A DNA stretch of 64,000 nucleotides from Eledone cirrhosa (taxonomy: Eukaryota): positions 107,632,001 through 107,696,000 of the forward strand of contig OZ024740.1 of assembly GCA_964016885.1 (NCBI GenBank), given 5' to 3'. The translations under genes and the position numbers were made by a program. This document shows, in pieces, positions 38,392 to 52,129 of the stretch. How positions within the stretch are numbered: position 1 is the stretch's first letter; each line of letters opens with the position of its first letter. Below the pieces are notes generated by a model. That model did not search any database. It had not been told where the DNA came from and was given only the letters and a program-made list of their open reading frames with translations.

Positions 38392-41300
38392 CTGGTGAAA
38401 CATGGAAAAGAGATACCAGCTGGTCTGAAAACACTGTACCCACAACAACTGACAATAAAGAAACTGAAAAAACTCTGGGAAACTAAATCAGAACAACCTG
38501 CCATCCCCTGCACATAATCATATACTGGAATCAAGGTACAAATTGTTGTCCTTTAATGCATGTAGTATATGCAATAAGATTTATCTTTTTGACTCCTACG
38601 TCAAAAGCATCAACCCTGACTTTATTACAGTCACGGAAACTTGGCCACATCCCTTACTCTGTGATGGGGTTTTCAGCATAACTGGCTACAACCTGTTTTG
38701 TAAAGACCACATTAATCGTGGTGGTGGTGGTGGTGTAATGGTCTACATTCGGTCAAATTTGTCGGCAATTCCTTGTGTTGATTTGAACCAATCACAGCAG
38801 GAAGCTTTTTTCTGCGATATACGTATGACCATGTCAACACTGTTACTTGGAGTCGTTTACCGTCCCCCAAATTACCATCAGGATACTCAACTTTGTGATA
38901 TCCTCAGAGCTGCTGCCAGGAAAACAGCCACTTATCTTTTCATTGCAGGAGACTTCAATCACCCTGAGATTGACTGGGAAACCTTTCGTTGGCCGCCAAG
39001 TGCAAATGACTTCCTTGAGCTAGTGCTGGACTCGAATTGGTCCCAAGTAGTCACCTCCCCAACAAGAGGGGACAACACTTTGGACCTACTCTTCACCACT
39101 ACTCCTGAAACGGTCATTAGTGTTACTGCTGAGGAACCTTTAGGTGACTCTGATCATTGCCAACCTATCCCTCATGGGCAGTAACAAGAACCACAACCAT
39201 CTCCAAACTGCTCACTTTGACTGGAATAAAGCAGACTGGAACTGTTACTGCACCGAGTTGCAACAGCCAAACTGGCTTGAGTTCTACGACTCTGGAGATG
39301 TCAACACTGTACTCAAGAACATCCTGAGCTCAATATGGACAGCATGTGCAGCATCGGTGCCACGTAAGCGTAAAAAACATCCCAAAAGTGCAATTTGGGA
39401 GACGGCAACAGTCCGTCTTGCCAGAAAAGAACAAGAGTACAAACGTGAGTACAAACTGCACAAATCAGACATTAATAGGAAGAGGCGAAATAGATCGTCC
39501 AACTACCTCAAACAGGTGACAAAAAAGGTAGTGCTTCAATTTGAGCAGCGCATAGCAACCAGCCCTGACAGTAAGGTGTTCTGGAAGTATGTTCACTCAA
39601 AGCAGAGGCCTCACTCTCCAGTTGGTCCTCTTCACAATCCCCACACAAACCAGGTTACTGACGACCCCAAGGAATGCGCAGAGCTCATTGCTGAATGCTA
39701 TGCAGGCATTTTCACTATTGAAGACCAGAGTGTACCGTCTCCACCACCTATGACACCGGATTCTATTACAACCATGGAATTTACACCTGCAATGCTGCGA
39801 CGTCACCTAAAAAATAAACACAACCATGCTTCTCCTGGTCTTGATGGTGTTACGTACCTGCTTCTTAAAAGTGGTGGGTACTTCCTTCTGCACCAGTTAT
39901 CACGCTTCTTCCAATTCTGTCTGAACAACGGTGCTACTCCAGAACAGTGGAAAACTGCCAGTGTCATTCCTCTGTTCAAAAAGGATGACCACACATCACC
40001 TGTGAACTATCGTCCAGTCAGTCTTACTAGTTGCATTGCCAAACTGATGGAATCCTGTGTCAGAGAAACACTTTGGAACTTCTGGAACTCTCACAGTCTT
40101 ATCCGGCCCTCGCAATTTGGATTTATCCCCAACTCCAGCTGCCGTGATCAACTTATCGAGTTTCTTGAAGACATCACCCAGATCACTGATGGCAGCTCAT
40201 GGGTGGATGTTGTTTACCTTGACTTTGCAAAAGCTTTCAATTCTGTGCCACACAAAAGGCTTATGGCAAAACTCTCTGCAATGGGTGTGAAGGATGATCT
40301 TTTTAATTGGTTGAAGTCCTTCATTCTCAGTTGAAGAGAGGTAGTCACGGTTCTGGGACAGCATTCCTCACCATATAAGATGTCATCTGGTGTACCACAG
40401 GGATCTGTTCTTGGCCCCCTTTTGTTTGTGGCATATATTAATGACATAGATGCCAACTTAAAGAATGCCACAGTACTAAAGTACGCAGATGACATCAAGC
40501 TGTACCTTGAGATAAAAAGGACAGATCCTGAACACTATAGATCTTGCTTGCAGTCTGACCTGGACGCAATGCAACAATGGATCTCAGACTGGCAACTCAA
40601 GCTAGCTGTGGACAAGTGCACCACCATGCATTTTGGGAGTAAAAACCCAGCGTCCACATACTCCCTCCACAGCACTAATATCAAGAAGTCTTCTTGTGAA
40701 TGTGACCTGGGCATTACGGTCAGCAGCGATTTGCGTTGGACGAAGCACGTCTCTAAAATTGTCAAGAGAGCCGAGGGTGTCTTAGCATCACTCAGCAAGA
40801 CCTTTGTCAGCCGCTCTCCAGCTATCTATTTAAGGCTGTACATGGCTATGGTGCGGCCACACTTAGAATTTGCATCACCAGTCTGGAACCCCTATCTTGC
40901 TCAGAACATTGACCACCTGGAAACTGTTCAGAGACGTGCAACCAAGCGAATACCCTCCATCAGGCATCTACCATACTCTGAGCGCCTTGCTTCCCTGGGT
41001 ATGGATACATTGAAGCTCCGACGCCTGGCAACTGACTTGGTAAACACCCACAAAATTATTAACCATCTTGCCAACAACAACACTGAGTACCTTTTTGATT
41101 TCCATGTGTCTAACACATGTGGGCATGCTCACAAAGTCAGAAAACAGTACAGTTCCCATGACTTTTGGAAGCATTTTTTCACGCTCAGAGTTGCTGAAGC
41201 ATGGAACAAACTACCTGTATCAGTTGTTAACTGTCGAGACACTGCATCCTTTAAGGCCTCCATGCTTCCCGAGATTCGCCAACACTACACCTAATGTTCC

Positions 41301-42082
41301 TCCTCCATACACATACACGCATGTATATCATGACTCATACACTGCTCCGATGGATGTGTAACAGTAATATACATGAACGACAGAGCATAAATGAATTGAG
41401 AGAGAGACTGAGCATAAGAGGAATCAAATGCTGTGTGCAGGAGAGGCGGTTGCGCTGGTATGGACATGTGATGCGTATGAAGGATGACAGCTGCATAAAA
41501 AGGTGCAGAGCACTAGAAGTTGATGGAAACCGCGGAGTGGGGAGACCCAAGATGACCTGGGATGAGGTGATAAAAGCCGACCTTACCCAATTACACCTCT
41601 CAAAGGCAATGACACACGACCGTGACTTCTGGCATCACGCAGTAATACAGAGTACCCGACCTCCCATGGGTACAAGCTGAAGCATATAAACAATATGCCC
41701 CCACACCCTCCACCGCAAGGTGGTCGTGGAGGTGCCACGGCAAAAAAGCACCCAGCCCACACTGTAAAGTGGACGTGTAGGCGCCATGAAAAAGCACCCA
41801 GCACTCACTGTAAATGAGGTTGGTGTTAGGAAGGGCATCCAGCTGTAGAAATCAAGCCAAATCAGTTCCTGTATGAGCAAGGCATGGTCAGCCGACCAGA
41901 CACTGCCCACAACAGGACAACCCGTCTAACCCATGCTAGCGTGGAAGAAGGCACGTAAAACGGTGATGATGATGATGATGATACACTATTCACTTCCCTG
42001 ACATTTGTGTATTATTCTATGTACTATACATGCACCTTTGACGAGTTGTAGTGCACCTGCGCACTTTACACAATAATTTCTT
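38392..42082 (+). mobile_element. CR1/Jockey-group LINE (APE endonuclease + RT), one frameshift and one stop, 3' UTR interrupted by an RTE copy
   Basis: ORF 38543-39184: TETW, GGGV, YRPP, GDFN, LDL, SDH (APE); ORFs 39144-41294: NYRPVSLTS, LDFAKAF, GVPQGSVLGP, YADD, WN.LP. Confidence 0.93.
41344..41980 (+). mobile_element. 5'-truncated RTE LINE with 7-bp target-site duplication
   Basis: Same subfamily as 17133-17932; ATACACT at 41337-43 and 41981-87; GAT tail. Confidence 0.92.
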
Positions 42083-42186
42083 TACTTTCTCATTAAACTG
42101 AAGTATAATTTAAAGGTTCTTACATAAAATTCTGATTTTTAGATAAAATTCTGGTTTTTAGATAAATATAAATACTTTAAAATAAA

Positions 42187-42480
42187 CAGCCTGGTAACTT
42201 GAAACACGTGTGTCCTAATACAAATGACCATAACAAAAGTCGATCACTATAAATAATAGTTGAGAAAAGAGGTAAAGTTCCCCGGGAGACAGTAAATAGT
42301 TGACAGAGATGTTTGTGAAGAATCAGACCCCACATTTCTTGGATGCCAGGCAAGTGCATTAAACACTACACTAAAAAGCACCCAGACACTAATTCCATCT
42401 TTTATAAAGACTTTAAACCTGTAGCTAGTAGTGTAAACAAAGTGGTTGGCTTAAGAAGCATTGGAAATATTTTAAATTTG
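42187..42480 (-). repeat. ~295-bp repeat with internal tRNA-like segment (inverted partner of 45520-45817)
   Basis: Alignable base by base to the reverse complement of 45520-45817. Confidence 0.85.
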
Positions 42481-44018
42481 AAATGTGTGTCTCCCAACAC
42501 AACTGATTTTCTCAACTGATATTTATAGGGATCAACTCTTATTATGGTCATTTGTGTTGGGTGGCACACATTAATTTCTTATCTGTTGTTTTGAATATAA
42601 CCTAATAAAGGTTCTTATATAAAATTACGATGGAAGGTTTTTAAATACTTTAAAACAAACAATTTTGCATCATAGAAACCAGGGATGGTTTGGTGTTAAA
42701 AGAGTTAAACAAGTAGATCTATTTTGTGTGTAGATGTGAAGATACAAATTTGAGTGAAAACATCCCATAAAAATTAAGAAAATAATTCCTCAAGAATATG
42801 ATAAAGAAAAAATATTACAATAAAGTAAGAGCTCTTCACAACACTTCCTACAGTTGGAAATATTTTAGATGTGTTCACAGAACACTAAAAATAGCAGTTA
42901 GTGTTGTTGTGTCATTGTAACCATTTCCTAAGGAACTCTAGGAGGCTAATCTTTCACGCAAGGCAGTACTTATAAGATTCGTTTTACCATTTTTTTTTTT
43001 TTTCTTAAGAATTACCATTACCAAAATACTTCAACTGATGACTACAACAGCTACTTTCAGGAATCACATTCTTATTATTTATTACACACCCTATATTGAA
43101 GAACTCAGCAAGGCTTCTTATATAGTTGCAAGATGCTTGCGGATAAATAATATGCATAATCCTATCTGTAATTTTATACATAATTTTAAGCTAAAAAAGA
43201 TATGCATAATTTTATGTTTTTGCTTAGAAAATATATGCCCAAATTTATATGTATTCACTAAGAAAAGAAAACAAATTGTTATTAAATATTTTGGGAATTA
43301 GGTAGGTGGTGTCAAGTTCAAATAAATGGCTTATTATTTTACTGGTTTCAGTCATTAGACTGTTATCAGGTTGGGTATCACCTTAAATGGATTTAGTCAA
43401 TCATATTAACCCCAGAAATTATTTTTTTCAAGTCTAATACTTATTTTATCAATTTAGACTTGGACACACACACATGTATACATACATACATGTATACATA
43501 CATATAGACACATATGTCAGTGGCAAAGGGTAACCCGGAAAGCAGGTCATGCAGTCCAATCGCCATGGCGGAAAGTGGGGCTGTGCAGCCTTACCCCCCC
43601 CCCCCCAATTCCCTCTAAATGACCCTCCCGGTCAAAGCCGCACGTAGTGTTATCTAGTGTGTGTGTGTGTGTTATCTTTTTATGTGTCTACAATTTAGTA
43701 AGCAACCAATATTCTGCCTGCTTCAACCGACGCTGTCATGTGTTTGTGTGTATATGTGTGTGTGTATGTGTGTGTTATCTTTTTATGTGTCTACGGTTTA
43801 GCAAGCAGCCAAAATTCTGCTTGCTTCAACCGACGCAATTGATCAACTCAAGATTCTATAATACATGCACACACCCTTCGCCCCTGACATATGTATATGT
43901 ACAAACACATATGTATATGTATTATCATCATCATCATCATCATTGTTTTACGTCTATATTCCATGCTTGAACAGGTTAGATATATATACATATTTATGTG
44001 TGTGTATATATATATATA

Positions 44019-44180
44019 AGGTGGTGAATTGGCAGAATCTTTAGAATGTCAGATAGAATACTTTGCTGTATTTGTTTCGGCTCTCTACTCTCTGTGTTCA
44101 AATCCCACTGAGATCAACTTTGCCTTTCATCCATTTGAAGTTGATAAAAAAATACGTCTAGTGCTGGGCTCGATTATTCC
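44019..44180 (+). mobile_element. Second tRNA-derived SINE family (other copies ~3890-4050, 22890-23010, 36780-36900, 55245-55350(-), 58095-58310, 59810-60110)
   Basis: TGGCAGAAT A box, GTTCAAATCC B box, conserved central AACTTTGCCTTTCATCC...GATAAAA..GTACCAG domain. Confidence 0.75.
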
Positions 44181-45519
44181 ATGCTTGCATAGGTTAGACA
44201 GGCCTATGGAAAATGGACGTTAAACAGCGATGATGATGATATCTATACAGGTATGTGTGTGTAGGTGTGTATATGCAGTGGTAGAAACTTGCCCAACATG
44301 CCCAACAGTGTGACTGCAAAGTGAACCCTTTTAACAACAGTCATACCTGCACCTATGTAAACCCCTATGTAGCAGTGCCTCTGCATGATTTTATATGTAT
44401 CTACTTAGAGAAGAAAACCAAAATATAATACATTTTAGAATTAGATAGGTGGTGTCAAGTTTAAATAAATGGTTTAAATTTCTAAGAAATCTTTAATTAA
44501 TTTTCATTTGTAGGTTACAAGATAAGTTTATAATCAAAGAACATTTCCTGGATTAAGATAATCAACAGAATGTAGTTAATTTAGCAGACTTAGTATATGA
44601 TTCCAAGTAATGTTATATAACTTTAAAAGTCTCTGACTAATATTTCACACCAATTTTGAGGAATATAAATCGTCATTTGTTTTCATAGGAAAACTCTGAT
44701 AACTATAATTCTACTTTTAGTTGTAAAAGTGAAATTAATCTTTTACCAAAATACCTTTATCTTTAGTTTACGTAGAAGTAAGGCCCCAAGCAATCATAGT
44801 TTTAGTTATCTTTTCATTGCCATATTTCTAATGAAAAACATTGCCTAAGATTTTGAAATCATTTGGAAAATAATCAAAATTTGAAGATAATTAGTAATGT
44901 AACCAACTTACTCATCAAGCTGTACTGCATAATTTGTTTCACTTTTTTCTTGTTTGTTTCGAGGGTGCACAGTATACACCATAACTAAATGTTATACACC
45001 AAAACTAAACTTTTCCAGACATTCTTCTGGTCAAAAAGGGATGCACGCTATACACAAATGCATGCAATACACAGAAGAATACAGCATTTAAAATATAACT
45101 TAACAAAACCCTTACATAAAATTATGATGAAAGGCTTTAGATAAATACAAACTATTTAAAACAAATAAAACCATGGACAGTTTCAAGAAATTTAATATTA
45201 AAAGGGTTAAGATTAACCAAAGATTAAATATATCCAGAATATGGATTCTTTCAATATGAAATATTTCAATTTTGTCTGGATCTCTAAGATGAGAAATTAT
45301 CATTATTATACACTAATTTATTCAACTCTGAGCAGAGATTGATTGAAGCCTTGTCCTATCCCACCCATCTATACATTGTCCCAATCATAATATATAGATT
45401 CACCTCTAACTAGACACACAACCACTTAATGTCAAAGAGCTTTGGAGTGTTTGTTACGTTGTTTTACATTCTCAATTCAAATCTCAGATATCAACTTTAC
45501 TTTTCATTCCAAATTTCTC

Positions 45520-45817
45520 CTAAATTAAAAATATTCCCAATGCTTCTTAAGCCAACCACTTTGTTTACATTACTAACTACAGGTTTAAAGTCTTTATAAA
45601 AGATGGAATTAGTGTCTGAGGGCTTTTTAGTGTAGTGGTTAATGCACTTGCCTGGCATCCAATAAATGTGGTTTCTGATTCTTCACAAGCACCTCTGTCA
45701 ACTATTTACTGTCTCCAGGGGAACTTTACCAGATTTCTCAACTATTATTTATAGTGATCAACTTTTGTTATGGTCATTTGTATTGGGACACACACACGTT
45801 TCAAATTATCAGGCTGA
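45520..45817 (+). repeat. ~295-bp repeat with internal tRNA-like segment
   Basis: Contains TAGTGTAGTGGTTAA A-box-like motif; related tandem copies at 61640-62075. Confidence 0.85.
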
Positions 45818-46151
45818 AACACCAGTCAAGTAGCTAGATCAATTTAATTGACTTTCATTACCTCTTAAATTGCTGGCTAATATTAGAAATCATTATTTTA
45901 CATACGAGGTCGATAAAATAAAGTACCAGTAATGCACTGGGATAATTGCTGGCCTTGTGCCAAAAGTAGAAACAATTACTTTACATTGATTTATTCAAAC
46001 TAGTGGTTGTTATAGTCACAACCAAGAAGAGGGCACCAATCTGAATTATTCTAAGGAAATATTTAACAAATGGTTTATTTTGATATGATGTGAATCTAGC
46101 ACTAGCAAGTCTAGAAATCAAACCTTATAACCTGTACACCTTTTTATATCT

Positions 46152-46414
46152 TTAACCATTTCATAGCAACCTGCTTGAAACTATTACTGGTTCTATGATA
46201 TTAAGCTGTTTGGTTTGAAGTGTGTATATTTATCTAAAAAGCTTCCATCACAATTTTATGGAAGATCTTTTGTCAAATTATGCTCTAAATACCAACTTGA
46301 TAATGAGAAAGTTAATTATATAACTAAATTTTTCCAAATTCTTGATTGTTTTCAAAAGGATTTTAAAATAATAAGCAGTGTCTTTCATTAAAAATATAGT
46401 AATGAAAGGGTTAA
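46152..46414 (-). mobile_element. Abundant ~260-bp TTAA/CCC-ended MITE family (representative; more than 10 full or partial copies, e.g. 13140-13338, 24330-24510, 25960-26168, 27050-27285, 44810-45210, 58735-58950)
   Basis: Shared core TTACCATATTTCTAATGAAAGACACTGCC...TTCTTACATAAAATTATGATGGAAG; ends TTAACC / GGGTTAA. Confidence 0.75.
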
Positions 46415-47480
46415 TTATCTGTTGTTTGAGAAATGGAATTAATAGGAAGTACTAAAATCAAAATGTCATGTTTTTTTGTTTTTTAAACTTCATCTATCAT
46501 ATATTTACTCTCTTGCATTCCACTACTCCACATTCCATAAAACAACATATCAATAGTTCTTTTAACATCCTGTAATGATTTAGCAGAAAATATCTATGTT
46601 AATTCAAATATTTATAGTATCAACAGTGGACAGATCATTGTGAAAATTTGCAATATTAGAGGAAAGGCTTTTAATGTGATGCAGTCATAGTGTTGTTTTG
46701 TACTTTTCAAGAATGTCTTGTAAATGTTATTTCATGTAGTACAGGGTATTATGTGTTAATACCAACCCAACTGTATTAAAGTGCTTCTATTTAAATTGTT
46801 ATCTTGATCAAAATCTCATAACATGTAAGATATTGTGAGTTCTGAGTTTATTAACATCAACAAGTATTTCAATATTTAAATTTTCAAGTATTTAACTAAA
46901 GCCTCAAAAATATCTTGCTTAAATTAAAAATTAATTGAAACATGTAGATAGACTATGCACTAGAAGTAGATACAATCACTTAAGAGTTTAAATAGTTTGT
47001 CCTATCTGGTTCCTATCAGAAGTATTTCATACAAAGAGTTATAAGAACTCTTCAGTTGTGTCTAGGACATGATAACCTCCCTAATGTTGGTGCCATGATA
47101 AAATGCACCCACTGCACACTGTAAAATGGTTGGTAATACAAATGGAATCCAGCTGTCAAAACCATGCCAAAACATTAGCCCGTCTGGGAGGACAGTAGCT
47201 CTAATTAAATATTGATTTGGTTTGTAATGGCCTGCCTAACCCATACCAGCATGGAAAACAATGTTAAAGGATGATGTTAATGATGATGATGAGGATGATG
47301 GTAACACTTCTGTGACTCATTTCCCAACACACCATTTATTCAGTCACTAAATGTGACAAATTCTCCAGACACTTGAGTTGATCCAAACCTCCACTTTCCA
47401 TCTTAAAAAAAAGGACTCACTGAAATAAGTTAAGATGAGATGGTCATTGCTTGACTGCTGCTGATTATAATTCTGCTTCA

Positions 47481-47696
47481 TTAACCCTTTAGCATTTTCA
47501 TTACTCCATATATACTTTTGTATTTTCGTAGTAAAGGCTTTACCTCACATAATATCAAATCTATCAGATCTTGGTATTATTTATTTTGAGAACAATACCT
47601 TAACATCAGTATGAGTGGCCGATTACAGCCAGTTTGAACAGAAAGAGGTGAGAGAATAATGGCCAGATACAGCTGGTTTAAATGCTAAAGGGTTAA
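47481..47696. mobile_element. piggyBac-like MITE with TTAA target duplication
   Basis: TTAA-CCCTTTAGCATT ... AATGCTAAAGGG-TTAA; inverted copy at ~56180-56407. Confidence 0.85.
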
Positions 47697-48292
47697 AGCT
47701 AACTTGAGATGTTAAACAATGACATTCACTCTACCAAACAGGTCTGAAACCGCCTGATTCTATGATATAAAACTGCCCGTTTCTAAACTGTTCATCATCA
47801 TAATGATCATCGTTTTTAGATCTACTTTTCCATGCTGACATGATTTGGATGAGATGTTTTGTGTCAATATTTTACAGCCAGATACCCTTCCTGAAACTAA
47901 TTTTTTTACAATATGCAGGGATCTGGTGTACTTATTTTTAAAACCAAGATATACATGTTGATAATTATATCTTCCATCATAATTTTCTGTACAGATTTTT
48001 TGTTGAGTAATGCCCCAAGTATCAGTTTAATATATTCCTCCATTTTTTTTTTATTATTCTAATTGAAACAACATTGACAGAGGTTTTCATAAGAAATATT
48101 GTAAGAGAGGGTTAAATGTTATTTACTTTCAGTAAACAGTCCTTACCCCATATTTAAAAAAAAAGAACAACTTAGACACTCTCGTCAACAATGCACATCC
48201 GGCATAAATAAGGTGAGTGTGGGGAGGGAGTCACCAAAATATTTTACAATGGAAATATGATGGCTAAGTATTGTTAAAAAATTTGATAACTC

Positions 48293-48650
48293 CCCCATCA
48301 CTGACATCACCATTACTAACAACAACACAACTACCACTACCTCCACCACCATCATTACCAACAACAATACCTCTACTGCCATCACCACCAACACTAACAA
48401 TACTACTACCACCATCACTACCACCACCTCCATCATTACCAACAACAGCAACACTATTACCACCACTACCACCACCATCACCACCAACAACAACAACTAC
48501 AACTACCAACAACAGCAACACTACCACCACCACCACCACCACCAACAGCAACACCAGTGTCGCCGCCACCACCACCACAATCACCACCACCACCACCACC
48601 ACCACCACCACCACTAGCACCACCACCACCACCACCACCACCACCACCAC
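48293..48650. repeat. (CAC/CAA)n degenerate trinucleotide repeat
   Basis: Direct inspection; explains the poly-V/T/P/G ORFs. Confidence 0.95.
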
Positions 48651-48804
48651 TAGAACTAGTCAGCTCTTTACACATGTTAAGCCTTAATCTTCTGTATTAT
48701 TTAAAACATATAGAATATCATGGCACGAAATATCGTTAATAGTTATTTGGAAATGTCACACTGCCATCTCACACTTCAAAAAGGAATTTGAAAAAAAGAA
48801 ATGT

Positions 48805-48835
<31 letters not shown>

Positions 48836-51018
48836 ATGCATATGCATGCGTATGTGTTGTCATATGTCATTCTTTTACTGGTTTCAGTCACTAGCCTGCG
48901 GGTATGCTGGAGCTCTGCCTTGAAGAGATATTAGTCAATCATATAAACTTTGCTACTTATTTTTCAAGTCTAGTACTTCTTTTAATCGATTTCATTAGTG
49001 TCAAACTGCTAAGTGGTGTGACATAAACAAACAATAAAAATAAACTCAGACATTGACACATATAAATACCTGTATACACACACACAGATATACATGCACA
49101 TATATACACACACAATCATCATCAACATCATCATATAACATCCTTTTCCCTTGCTAGCAAGGGTTGGATTGTTCATCACAGACCAAGTCAGTACTTAAAA
49201 CGACTGACCACTCAGATAACTGGGGCCCAATCTCTCTTACATACATTGCTGCACTTAACAGAGTGCACCAACTGCATTTTATCATGACACCAGCACTAGA
49301 GAGGTTGTCATACTTTTGACACATCTAAAGAATCCTTCTGACCATCTATTTAGCATGTTTTCTATGGCTGGATGTCATGTCTTTCCTATCACCTGCCACT
49401 TTACAGTAAGTGTTTATCTTGTAGATCGATAATGTTGTCAACCTTTTCTATCACCTACCACCTTACAGAGTGTAGTGGGTGCATTTTTTATGACACAGCA
49501 CTAGAGTGGTCGCTGTGTTGTGGCTGGATTGTCCTCTCAACTCTTTTGGGCATAGTTTCTATGGCAGGAAGTCCTTCTTAATACCAACCATTTTACAGTG
49601 TTAGTGGGTGTATTTTATCATAGCACAACAGGAGTCCACAATTTCCATTTACCAAATTTCATTCACAAAGCAAAGCACTAGTAGAAGACACTTGCCCATG
49701 TAGCCTACAGTGGGAGTAAACTCAAAATCATGTGGTTGTGAAATGAACTTCATAACTATAGTCATGCGTCATTGTTTGAGAATATTTGTTTACTCTAAAG
49801 TAATATTCCAACAATACTTTACAGAATGCTACAATTTTGAAAACACTTTTCATACTAAACTGCTTGAAACAAATTCCTTGTCCTACAATACAAGTTGTTT
49901 GATGTTCCTAATTTTAAGGAAGAATCAGTTATGTTCCATACACTAACTTAATCATGAAAAAGTTAGTTATATTACTAAATCCTTTCAAATTCTTGACTAT
50001 ATTGAAAATCATTTGAAAATTATAGGCAGTGTCTTTCATTAGAAATATGACAACAAAAGGGTTAAGTTATGCTCCAGCTAAATAATGAGAAAGATAGTTA
50101 TTTTGATAAAACCCTCCAAATACTTCATTATTTTCTAAATTATTTGAAAATCATAGGCAGTGTCTTTTACATGAAGGATCCACCCAACCCATGCAAGTAC
50201 GAATGTAAAATGACGATGACAATAGTAACGAAAAGGTTAAATAAATGTTGTTGCTGTTGTTGTTTAACCCAAGGTGAGTCATGATTAAGCAAACCTTTGA
50301 TCAAAGACATTCCAACTATGAACATACACTCTTTTTCTTCTTCAGACATAGTGTATCAAGCACTATATTATCCAATGTGTTCTTCCTTTTTTTTAAGTCA
50401 GTAGGACATGTTTTGAGGGAGATTTAGCTGCTGCTTCTAGTAGTTTGAGCAATTACATAGATAGAGGCTATTTTATTGTGTCATTGAGACTGATTGTGGA
50501 GGCACATGGCTGAGTGGTTAGAGAATTAGATTTGCAATCATGAGTTTGATTCCCAGATAGGGTGATGCATTATATCCTTGAGCAAAACACTTTATTTCAC
50601 GTTACTCTTTCTGCCTCTTTTTGCGACCGGTAGATAGAATTAGCAATTGGAAAGACCAATGGAAACATTGTTTCCTCAGTCTGATATCGTGTCAATCGAC
50701 TGTCGATTGAGACTGAAACAGTTAAAATATCATCCTCCTGATCGTCATCATTTAATGTCCATTTTTCCATGCTGGCATGGGTTGAATCAGTTTTGGCATG
50801 TCTTCTTGCATTTGAATACCCTTCCTATCACTAACCACTTTATAGAGTATTGGGTGTATTTTATCATGACACCAGCACAAGAGAAGTTGTGGTGTTTATG
50901 ATGTGACTGAGGAGTCCTCTCAACTTTTTTTAGCATGGCTTCTATGGTAGGATACTCTTCTGAACACTAACCTCTTTACTGTAAATAGCTAAAGTATAAA
51001 AGAAACAAATTGTAGACA

Positions 51019-51365
51019 ATCATGATCATCATCATCACCACTACAGATACCAGCACCCTCATCATCATCATTACTGTCACAACTACCATCATAATCATCA
51101 TCAATGCCATCATCATCTTCACTGATACCATCAACAATATCATCATCATTGTTACAGTGTACAAATCAGTAAAGATCATCGCCTCCACCACCACTACCAT
51201 CAACATAGTCATTATCAACACTACCACCATTATTATCATCATCATCCTCATCACTGCCACCACCATCACCACCATCATCGCTCCCACCACCACTACCACC
51301 ATTATCATCATCATCATCACCAGCACCATCGCCACCATTGCCACCGCCATCACCATCACCACCAA
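51019..51365. repeat. (CAT/CAC)n degenerate trinucleotide repeat
   Basis: Direct inspection; abuts the donor of exon 51392-51604. Confidence 0.95.
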
Positions 51366-51391
51366 TAGAGAAGATATAAATGATAACTCAC

Positions 51392-51604
51392 AATCAGTTG
51401 CTGTCTGGCTTGATAGACACTCTCAATGGGTCCAGTTATGTAGACTGTACCTTTCCGTAAGGGGTTTACATTGTTGGGGTCAGGAAAGTAAACATTGGCC
51501 CCTGTCCTCTGCATAATCTGTTTAATATTCATATCTCCACGACCAATCATGAACAAGTGGTGCTGAGGAGCAATTTCCAGCTGCATGCTGACAGTGAGGC
51601 TAAC
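51392..51604 (-). CDS. BICC1: Bicaudal-C exon, KH domain
   Basis: ttag|GTT...ATT|gtgagt; VSLTVSMQLEIAPQHHLFMIGRGDMNIKQIMQRTGANVYFPDP...ESVYQARQQLI; 213 nt. Confidence 0.96.
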
Positions 51605-51634
51605 CTAAAGTAAAAACATAGACAAGCAAACAAC

Positions 51635-52040
51635 AGTCATCACCAGCATCATTACCATCATCATCATCATTACCATCAACATCATCATCCCCATCGTCAA
51701 CCTCATCAACACCATTACCCACCCCCACCACCATTGTCACCCCCCCCCCATGACCATCATCCTCATCATCACCACCACTACCACCATCATCCCTCTGACC
51801 ATCACCACCATCACTAGCATCATCACCTTAATCACCACCACCACCACCACTACCATTGCCTTCATTACCACCATCACCACTATCATCATCATCTTAATCA
51901 CTACTACTACTACCACCACCATTGCCACTATCATCATCATCTTAATCACTGCCACTACCACCACCAACACCATCATCATCATTTTAATCGCTGCCACCAC
52001 TACCACCACCACCACCACCAACATAATCATCATCTTCACT
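51635..52040. repeat. (CAT/CAC)n degenerate trinucleotide repeat
   Basis: Direct inspection; abuts the acceptor of exon 51392-51604. Confidence 0.95.
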
Positions 52041-52129
52041 AAAATCAGCACTAGTTGGTTGGCTGGTTACAGTAGGGAAATAGTATTGTTTACAGATCTT
52101 CATGCAATGAACTGTTTGTAATTTTACAC

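Noticed and set aside
43280-44475. ~50-bp direct repeats (43283-43332 and ~44428-44475) as possible LTRs
   Set aside because: Too short, no TG..CA ends, interior is SINE and microsatellite; probably a local duplication
48185-48739. Poly-Val/Thr/Pro/Gly ORFs (also 50976-52121)
   Set aside because: Translations of trinucleotide repeats with no splice or homology support
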